Origin: Utricularia gibba
Taxonomy: Eukaryota; Plantae; Magnoliophyta
Assembly (NCBI GenBank): GCA_002189035.1
Contig: NEEC01000160.1
Location: forward strand, 1-18,735
Length of the DNA: 18,735 nt
Direction: 5' to 3'
Shown: piece after piece, positions 9,601-18,735 of the stretch
Position numbering within the stretch: position 1 is the first letter of the stretch
Layout of the letters: every line of letters begins with the position of its first letter
The notes under the pieces: generated by a model
What the model was told of the DNA's origin: nothing
The model's database searches: none
What the model saw: only the letters and a program-made list of their open reading frames with translations
Program-made: the position numbers and the translations under genes

Positions 9601-12600
9601 GGAGGCGGTCTTGGGGGGCACCTAGAACGGGACAAAGGTCAGGTTGGGTTAGGGCCGAAAGTTAGTTGTAGCCTGGCAACTAAAGCGATGCACTTATTAA
9701 CGTTCGGTTTTCAGGGGCTTCCTACAAGGTTTTTCAAGGAACAACTTCTCGTTTTGTGTCGGCCACTCTCACTGGGCACTTGGTCCGGCGCTGCGTTCGG
9801 TCCGGCTCATGAGCCCAACCGGGTGCGAGTCGACGAAAATAATGATGCATTTGTTTAAAGTAAGATGTCACGTGCACCCCACATGATTTTTTCAACAACT
9901 TACTTTATACTTGAGGAGGCGGTCTTGGGGGGCACCTAGAACGGGACAAAGGTCAGGTTGGGTTAGGGCCGAAAGTTAGTTGTAGCCTGGCAACTAAAGC
10001 GATGCACTTATTAACGTTCGGTTTTCAGGGGCTTCCTACAAGGTTTTTCAAGGAACAACTTCTCGTTTTGTGTCGGCCACTCTCACTGGGCACTTGGTCC
10101 GGCGCTGCGTTCGGTCCGGCTCATGAGCCCAACCGGGTGCGAGTCGACGAAAATAATGATGCATTTGTTTAAAGTAAGATGTCACGTGCACCCCACATGA
10201 TTTTTTCAACAACTTACTTTATACTTGAGGAGGCGGTCTTGGGGGGCACCTAGAACGGGACAAAGGTCAGGTTGGGTTAGGGCCGAAAGTTAGTTGTAGC
10301 CTGGCAACTAAAGCGATGCACTTATTAACGTTCGGTTTTCAGGGGCTTCCTACAAGGTTTTTCAAGGAACAACTTCTCGTTTTGTGTCGGCCACTCTCAC
10401 TGGGCACTTGGTCCGGCGCTGCGTTCGGTCCGGCTCATGAGCCCAACCGGGTGCGAGTCGACGAAAATAATGATGCATTTGTTTAAAGTAAGATGTCACG
10501 TGCACCCCACATGATTTTTTCAACAACTTACTTTATACTTGAGGAGGCGGTCTTGGGGGGCACCTAGAACGGGACAAAGGTCAGGTTGGGTTAGGGCCGA
10601 AAGTTAGTTGTAGCCTGGCAACTAAAGCGATGCACTTATTAACGTTCGGTTTTCAGGGGCTTCCTACAAGGTTTTTCAAGGAACAACTTCTCGTTTTGTG
10701 TCGGCCACTCTCACTGGGCACTTGGTCCGGCGCTGCGTTCGGTCCGGCTCATGAGCCCAACCGGGTGCGAGTCGACGAAAATAATGATGCATTTGTTTAA
10801 AGTAAGATGTCACGTGCACCCCACATGATTTTTCAACAACTTACTTTATACTTGAGGAGGCGGTCTTGGGGGCACCTAGAACGGGACAAAGGTCAGGTTG
10901 GGTTAGGGCCGAAAGTTAGTTGTAGCCTGGCAACTAAAGCGATGCACTTATTAACGTTCGGTTTTCAGGGGCTTCCTACAAGGTTTTTCAAGGAACAACT
11001 TCTCGTTTTGTGTCGGCCACTCTCACTGGGCACTTGGTCCGGCGCTGCGTTCGGTCCGGCTCATGAGCCCAACCGGGTGCGAGTCGACGAAAATAATGAT
11101 GCATTTGTTTAAAGTAAGATGTCACGTGCACCCCACATGATTTTTTCAACAACTTACTTTATACTTGAGGAGGCGGTCTTGGGGGCACCTAGAACGGGAC
11201 AAAGGTCAGGTTGGGTTAGGGCCGAAAGTTAGTTGTAGCCTGGCAACTAAAGCGATGCACTTATTAACGTTCGGTTTTCAGGGGCTTCCTACAAGGTTTT
11301 TCAAGGAACAACTTCTCGTTTTGTGTCGGCCACTCTCACTGGGCACTTGGTCCGGCGCTGCGTTCGGTCCGGCTCATGAGCCCAACCGGGTGCGAGTCGA
11401 CGAAAATAATGATGCATTTGTTTAAAGTAAGATGTCACGTGCACCCCACATGATTTTTTCAACAACTTACTTTATACTTGAGGAGGCGGTCTTGGGGGGC
11501 ACCTAGAACGGGACAAAGGTCAGGTTGGGTTAGGGCCGAAAGTTAGTTGTAGCCTGGCAACTAAAGCGATGCACTTATTAACGTTCGGTTTTCAGGGGCT
11601 TCCTACAAGGTTTTTCAAGGAACAACTTCTCGTTTTGTGTCGGCCACTCTCACTGGGCACTTGGTCCGGCGCTGCGTTCGGTCCGGCTCATGAGCCCAAC
11701 CGGGTGCGAGTCGACGAAAATAATGATGCATTTGTTTAAAGTAAGATGTCACGTGCACCCCACATGATTTTTTCAACAACTTACTTTATACTTGAGGAGG
11801 CGGTCTTGGGGGCACCTAGAACGGGACAAAGGTCAGGTTGGGTTAGGGCCGAAAGTTAGTTGTAGCCTGGCAACTAAAGCGATGCACTTATTAACGTTCG
11901 GTTTTCAGGGGCTTCCTACAAGGTTTTTCAAGGAACAACTTCTCGTTTTGTGTCGGCCACTCTCACTGGGCACTTGGTCCGGCGCTGCGTTCGGTCCGGC
12001 TCATGAGCCCAACCGGGTGCGAGTCGACGAAAATAATGATGCATTTGTTTAAAGTAAGATGTCACGTGCACCCCACATGATTTTTTCAACAACTTACTTT
12101 ATACTTGAGGAGGCGGTCTTGGGGGCACCTAGAACGGGACAAAGGTCAGGTTGGGTTAGGGCCGAAAGTTAGTTGTAGCCTGGCAACTAAAGCGATGCAC
12201 TTATTAACGTTCGGTTTTCAGGGGCTTCCTACAAGGTTTTTCAAGGAACAACTTCTCGTTTTGTGTCGGCCACTCTCACTGGGCACTTGGTCCGGCGCTG
12301 CGTTCGGTCCGGCTCATGAGCCCAACCGGTGCGAGTCGACGAAAATAATGATGCATTTGTTTAAAGTAAGATGTCACGTGCACCCCACATGATTTTTTCA
12401 ACAACTTACTTTATACTTGAGGAGGCGGTCTTGGGGGCACCTAGAACGGGACAAAGGTCAGGTTGGGTTAGGGCCGAAAGTTAGTTGTAGCCTGGCAACT
12501 AAAGCGATGCACTTATTAACGTTCGGTTTTCAGGGGCTTCCTACAAGGTTTTTCAAGGAACAACTTCTCGGCCACTCTCACTGGGCACTTGATGAGCTGC

Positions 12601-15600
12601 GAGTCGACGAAAATAATGATGCATCACGTTGGAGGAGGCGGTCTTGGGGGCACCTAGAACGGGACAAAGGTCAGGTTGGGTTAGGGCCGAAAGTTAGTTG
12701 TAGCCTGGCAACTAAAGCGATGCACTTATTAACGTTCGGTTTTCAGGGGCTTCCTACAAGGTTTTTCAAGGAACAACTTCTCGTTTTGTGTCGGCCACTC
12801 TCACTGGGCACTTGGTCCGGCGCTGCGTTCGGTCCGGCTCATGAGCCCAACCGGGTGCGAGTCGACGAAAATAATGATGCATTTGTTTAAAGTAAGATGT
12901 CACGTGCACCCCACATGATTTTTTCAACAACTTACTTTATACTTGAGGAGGCGGTCTTGGGGGCACCTAGAACGGGACAAAGGTCAGGTTGGGTTAGGGC
13001 CGAAAGTTAGTTGTAGCCTGGCAACTAAAGCGATGCACTTATTAACGTTCGGTTTTCAGGGGCTTCCTACAAGGTTTTTCAAGGAACAACTTCTCGTTTT
13101 GTGTCGGCCACTCTCACTGGGCACTTGGTCCGGCGCTGCGTTCGGTCCGGCTCATGAGCCCAACCGGGTGCGAGTCGACGAAAATAATGATGCATTTGTT
13201 TAAAGTAAGATGTCACGTGCACCCCACATGATTTTTTCAACAACTTACTTTATACTTGAGGAGGCGGTCTTGGGGGCACCTAGAACGGGACAAAGGTCAG
13301 GTTGGGTTAGGGCCGAAAGTTAGTTGTAGCCTGGCAACTAAAGCGATGCACTTATTAACGTTCGGTTTTCAGGGGCTTCCTACAAGGTTTTTCAAGGAAC
13401 AACTTCTCGTTTTGTGTCGGCCACTCTCACTGGGCACTTGGTCCGGCGCTGCGTTCGGTCCGGCTCATGAGCCCAACCGGGTGCGAGTCGACGAAAATAA
13501 TGATGCATTTGTTTAAAGTAAGATGTCACGTGCACCCCACATGATTTTTTCAACAACTTACTTTATACTTGAGGAGGCGGTCTTGGGGGGCACCTAGAAC
13601 GGGACAAAGGTCAGGTTGGGTTAGGGCCGAAAGTTAGTTGTAGCCTGGCAACTAAAGCGATGCACTTATTAACGTTCGGTTTTCAGGGGCTTCCTACAAG
13701 GTTTTTCAAGGAACAACTTCTCGTTTTGTGTCGGCCACTCTCACTGGGCACTTGGTCCGGCGCTGCGTTCGGTCCGGCTCATGAGCCCAACGGGTGCGAG
13801 TCGACGAAAATAATGATGCATTTGTTTAAAGTAAGATGTCACGTGCACCCACATGATTTTTTCAACAACTTACTTTATACTTGAGGAGGCGGTCTTGGGG
13901 GGCACCTAGAACGGGACAAAGGTCAGGTTGGGTTAGGGCCGAAAGTTAGTTGTAGCCTGGCAACTAAAGCGATGCACTTATTAACGTTCGGTTTTCAGGG
14001 GCTTCCTACAAGGTTTTTCAAGGAACAACTTCTCGTTTTGTGTCGGCCACTCTCACTGGGCACTTGGTCCGGCGCTGCGTTCGGTCCGGCTCATGAGCCC
14101 AGTCGACGAAAATAATGATGCATTTGTTTAAAGTAAGATGTCACGACCCCACATGATTTTTTCAACAACTTACTTTATACTTGAGGAGGCGTCTTGGGGC
14201 ACCTAGAATAATGATGCAACTTGCACTGTTTAAAGGTTTTTCAAGGAACAACTTCTCGTCGGCCTCTCACTGGGCACTTGGTCATGAGCCCAACCGGGTG
14301 CGAGTCGACGAAAATAATGATGCATTTGTTTAAAGTAAGATGTCACGTGCACCCCACACTTACTTTATACTTGAGGAGGCGGTCTTGGGGGCACCTAGAA
14401 CGGGACAAAGGTCAGGTTGGGTTAGGGCCGAAAGTTAGTTGTAGCCTGGCAACTAAAGCGATGCACTTATTAACGTTCGGTTTTCAGGGGCTTCCTACAA
14501 GGTTTTTCAAGGAACAACTTCTCGTTTTGTGTCGGCCACTCTCACTGGGCACTTGGTCCGGCGCTGCGTTCGGTCCGGCTCATGAGCCCAACCGGGTGCG
14601 AGTCGACGAAATGATAATGATGCATTTGTTTAAAACTAAAGCGATGCACTTATTAACGTTCGGTTTTCAGGGGCTTCCTACAAGGTTTTTCAAGGAACAA
14701 CTTCTCGTTTTGTGTCGGCCACTCTCACTGGGCACTTGGTCCGGCGCTGCGTTCGGTCCGGCTCATGAGCCCAACCGGGTGCGAGTCGACGAAAATAATG
14801 ATGCATTTGTTTAAAGTAAGATGTCACGTGCACCCCACATGATTTTTTCAACAACTTACTTTATACTTGAGGAGGCGGTCTTGGGGGCACCTAGAACGGG
14901 ACAAAGGTCAGGTTGGGTTAGGGCCGAAAGTTAGTTGTAGCCTGGCAACTAAAGCGATGCACTTATTAACGTTCGGTTTTCAGGGGCTTCCTACAAGGTT
15001 TTTCAAGGAACAACTTCTCGTTTTGTGTCGGCCACTCTCACTGGGCACTTGGTCCGGCGCTGCGTTCGGTCCGGCTCATGAAGTTAGTTGTAGCCTGGCA
15101 ACTTACTTTATACTTGAGGAGGCGATGCACTTATTAACGTTCGGTTTTCAGGGGCTTCCTACAAGGTTTTTCAAGGAACAACTTCTCGTTTTGTGTCGGC
15201 CACTCTCACTGGGCACTTGGTCCGGCGCTGCGTTCGGTCCGGCTCATGAGCCCAACCGGGTGCGAGTCGACGAAAATAATGATGCATTTGTTTAAAGTAA
15301 GATGTCACGTGCACCCCACATGATTTTTTCAACAACTTACTTTATACTTGAGGAGGCGGTCTTGGGGGGCACCTAGAACGGGACAAAGGTCAGGTTGGGT
15401 TAGGGCCGAAAGTTAGTTGTAGCCTGGCAACTAAAGCGATGCACTTATTAACGTTCGGTTTTCAGGGGCTTCCTACAAGGTTTTTCAAGGAACAACTTCT
15501 CGTTTTGTGTCGGCCACTCTCACTGGGCACTTGGTCCGGCGCTGCGTTCGGTCCGGCTCATGAGCCCAACCGGTGCGAGTCGACGAAAATAATGATGCAT

Positions 15601-18600
15601 TTGTTTAAAGTAAGATGTCACGTGCACCCACATGATTTTTTCAACAACTTACTTTATACTTGAGGAGGCGGTCTTGGGGGCACCTAGAACGGGACAAAGG
15701 TCAGGTTGGGTTAGGGCCGAAAGTTAGTTGTAGCCTGGCAACTAAAGCGATGCACTTATTAACGTTCGGTTTTCAGGGGCTTCCTACAAGGTTTTTCAAG
15801 GAACAACTTCTCGTTTTGTGTCGGCCACTCTCACTGGGCACTTGGTCCGGCGCTGCGTTCGGTCCGGCTCATGAGCCCAACCGGGTGCGAGTCGACGAAA
15901 ATAATGATGCATTTGTTTAAAGTAAGATGTCACGTGCACCCCACATGATTTTTTCAACAACTTACTTTATACTTGAGGAGGCGGTCTTGGGGGCACCTAG
16001 AACGGGACAAAGGTCAGGTTGGGTTAGGGCCGAAAGTTAGTTGTAGCCTGGCAACTAAAGCGATGCACTTATTAACGTTCGGTTTTCAGGGGCTTCCTAC
16101 AAGGTTTTTCAAGGAACAACTTCTCGTTTTGTGTCGGCCACTCTCACTGGGCACTTGGTCCGGCGCTGCGTTCGGTCCGGCTCATGAGCCCAACCGGGTG
16201 CGAGTCGACGAAAATAATGATGCATTTGTTTAAAGTAAGATGTCACGTGCACCCCACATGATTTTTTCAACAACTTACTTTATACTTGAGGAGGCGGTCT
16301 TGGGGGGCACCTAGAACGGGACAAAGGTCAGGTTGGGTTAGGGCCGAAAGTTAGTTGTAGCCTGGCAACTAAAGCGATGCACTTATTAACGTTCGGTTTT
16401 CAGGGCTTCCTACAAGGTTTTTCAAGGAACAACTTCTCGTTTTGTGTCGGCCACTCTCACTGGGCACTTGGTCCGGCGCTGCGTTCGGTCCGGCTCATGA
16501 GCCCAACCGGGTGCGAGTCGACGAAAATAATGATGCATTTGTTTAAAGTAAGATGTCACGTGCACCCCACATGATTTTTTCAACAACTTACTTTATACTT
16601 GAGGAGGCGGTCTTGGGGGGCACCTAGAACGGGACAAAGGTCAGGTTGGGTTAGGGCCGAAAGTTAGTTGTAGCCTGGCAACTAAAGCGATGCACTTATT
16701 AACGTTCGGTTTTCAGGGGCTTCCTACAAGGTTTTTCAAGGAACAACTTCTCGTTTTGTGTCGGCCACTCTCACTGGGCTTGGTCCGGCGCTGCGTTCGG
16801 TCCGGCTCATGAGCCCAACCGGGTGCGAGTCGACGAAAATAATGATGCATTTGTTTAAAGTAAGATGTCACGTGCACCCCACATGATTTTTTCAACAACT
16901 TACTTTATACTTGAGGAGCGGTCTTGGGGGCACCTAGAACGGGACAAAGGTCAGGTTGGGTTAGGGCCGAAAGTTAGTTGTAGCCTGGCAACTAAAGCGA
17001 TGCACTTATTAACGTTCGGTTTTCAGGGCCTACAAGGTTTTTCAAGGAACAACTTCTCGTTTTGTGTCGGCCACTCTCACTGGGCACTTGGTCCGGCGCT
17101 GCGTTCGGTCCGGCTCATGAGCCCAACCGGGTGCGAGTCGACGAAAATAATGATGCATTTGTTTAAAGTAAGATGTCACGTGCACCCCACATGATTTTTT
17201 CAACAACTTACTTTATACTTGAGGAGGCGGTCTTGGGGGGCACCTAGAACGGGACAAAGGTCAGGTTGGGTTAGGGCCGAAAGTTAGTTGTAGCCTGGCA
17301 ACTAAAGCGATGCACTTATTAACGTTCGGTTTTCAGGGGCTTCCTACAAGGTTTTTCAAGGAACAACTTCTCGTTTTGTGTCGGCCACTCTCACTGGGCA
17401 CTTGGTCCGGCGCTGCGTTCGGTCCGGCTCATGAGCCCAACCGGTGCGAGTCGACGAAAAAATGATGCATTTGTTTAAAGTAAGATGTCACGTGCACCCA
17501 CATGATTTTTTCAACAACTTACTTTATACTTGAGGAGGCGGTCTTGGGGGCACCTAGAAGGGGACAAAGGTCAGGTTGGGTTAGGGCCGAAAGTTAGTTG
17601 TAGCCTGGCAACTAAAGCGATGCACTTATTAACGTTCGGTTTTCATGTCACGTGCACCCCACATGATTTTTTCAACAACTTACTTTATACTTGAGGAGGC
17701 GGTCTTGGGGGCACCTAGAAGGACAAAGGTCAGGTTGGGTTAGGGCCGAAAGTTAGTTGTAGCCTGGCAACTAAAGCGATGCACTTATTAACGTTCGGTT
17801 TTCAGGGGCTTCCTACAAGGTTTTTCAAGGAACAACTTCTCGTTTTTGTGTCGGCCACTCTCACTGGGCACTTGGTCCGGCGCTGCGTTCGGTCCGGCTC
17901 ATGAGCCCAACCGGGTGCGAGTCGACGAAAATAATGATGCATTTGTTTAAAGTAAGATGTCACGTGCACCCCACATGATTTTTCAACAACTTACTTTATA
18001 CTTGAGGAGGCGGTCTTGGGGGCACCTAGAACGGGACAAAGGTCAGGTTGGGTTAGGGCCGAAAGTTAGTTGTAGCCTGGCAACTAAAGCGATGCACTTA
18101 TTAACGTTCGGTTTTCAGGGGCTTCCTACAAGGTTTTTCAAGGAACAACTTCTCGTTTTGTGTCGGCCACTCTCACTGGGCACTTGGTCCGGCGCTGCGT
18201 TCGGTCCGGCTCATGAGCCCAACCGGTGCGAGTCGACGAAAATAATGATGCATTTGTTTAAAGTAAGATGTCACGTGCACCCCACATGATTTTTTCAACA
18301 ACTTACTTTATACTTGAGGAGGCGGTCTTGGGGGGCACCTAGAACGGGACAAAGGTCAGGTTGGTTAGGGCCGAAAGTTAGTTGTAGCCTGGCAACTAAA
18401 GCGATGCACTTATTAACGTTCGGTTTTCAGGGGCTTCCTACAAGGTTTTTCAAGGAACAACTTCTCGTTTTGTGTCGGCCACTCTCACTGGGCACTTGGT
18501 CCGGCGCTGCGTTCGGTCCGGCTCATGAGCCCAACCGGGTGCGAGTCGACGAAAATAATGATGCATTTGTTTAAAGTAAGATGTCACGTGCACCCCACAT

Positions 18601-18735
18601 GATTTTTTCAACAACTTACTTTATACTTGAGGAGGCGGTCTTGGGGGCACCTAGAACGGACAAAGGTCAGGTTGGGTTAGGGCCGAAAGTTAGTTGTAGC
18701 CTGGCAACTAAAGCGATGCACTTATTAACGTTCGG

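Larger units (their letters stand above)
1..18735. repeat. Head-to-tail tandem array (concatemer) of a 313/314-bp unit, about 60-62 near-identical copies, running off both window ends
   Basis: The TTGAGGAGG landmark recurs at 259, 570, 886, ... 3074, 3387, ... 18314, 18627, mostly 312-314 bp apart. All copies have the same orientation. Differences are homopolymer indels plus a few local deletions or garbles. Confidence 0.99.

Noticed and set aside
12417-15295. Longer ORFs of 157, 197 and 142 aa
   Set aside because: They are mosaics of the same unit peptides, created by the deleted or garbled copies.
259-18640. Higher-order repeat pattern in G5/G6 alleles
   Set aside because: Hand tally gives about 31 G5, 28 G6 and 1 G4 in about 27 runs, against about 31 expected at random. 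This is consistent with independent homopolymer miscalls.
1-18735. CRISPR array
   Set aside because: There are no unique spacers; the entire 313-bp unit repeats and no cas genes are present.
1-18735. DRT2/neo-type never-ending ORF concatemer
   Set aside because: The consensus unit (313/314) is not a multiple of 3, every plus-strand frame path hits a stop, and no RT gene is in view. Only rare 312-nt copies approach it, and they still contain TAA.

Overview
The whole window is one uninterrupted head-to-tail tandem array of a 313/314-bp unit (about 50% GC). It holds about 60-62 copies; the TTGAGGAGG landmark occurs 61 times, one copy garbled. There is no flanking unique sequence, no inversion and no recognisable gene. 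A clean reference copy is 3125-3437 (unit position p = coordinate minus 3124). Copies differ almost only by homopolymer-length indels (G5/G6 about half and half; T5-T8; C3-C5) and by a few local garbled or deleted patches (about 6850, 12570-12630, 14100-14360, 14610-14640, 15080-15125, 17645). I found no substitution shared between copies. This looks like a single long read (nanopore-like error profile) of a rolling-circle concatemer from one small circle; an extremely homogenised satellite is the alternative. All ORFs in the track are the same unit-derived frames, toggled by homopolymer slips, and none resembles a protein family I recognise. Read as a circle, the unit can be hand-folded into a quasi-rod structure with co-axial helices, so a viroid-like circular RNA or small ssDNA circle is the most interesting hypothesis. 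No intact ribozyme was found, and the identity cannot be established from sequence alone.
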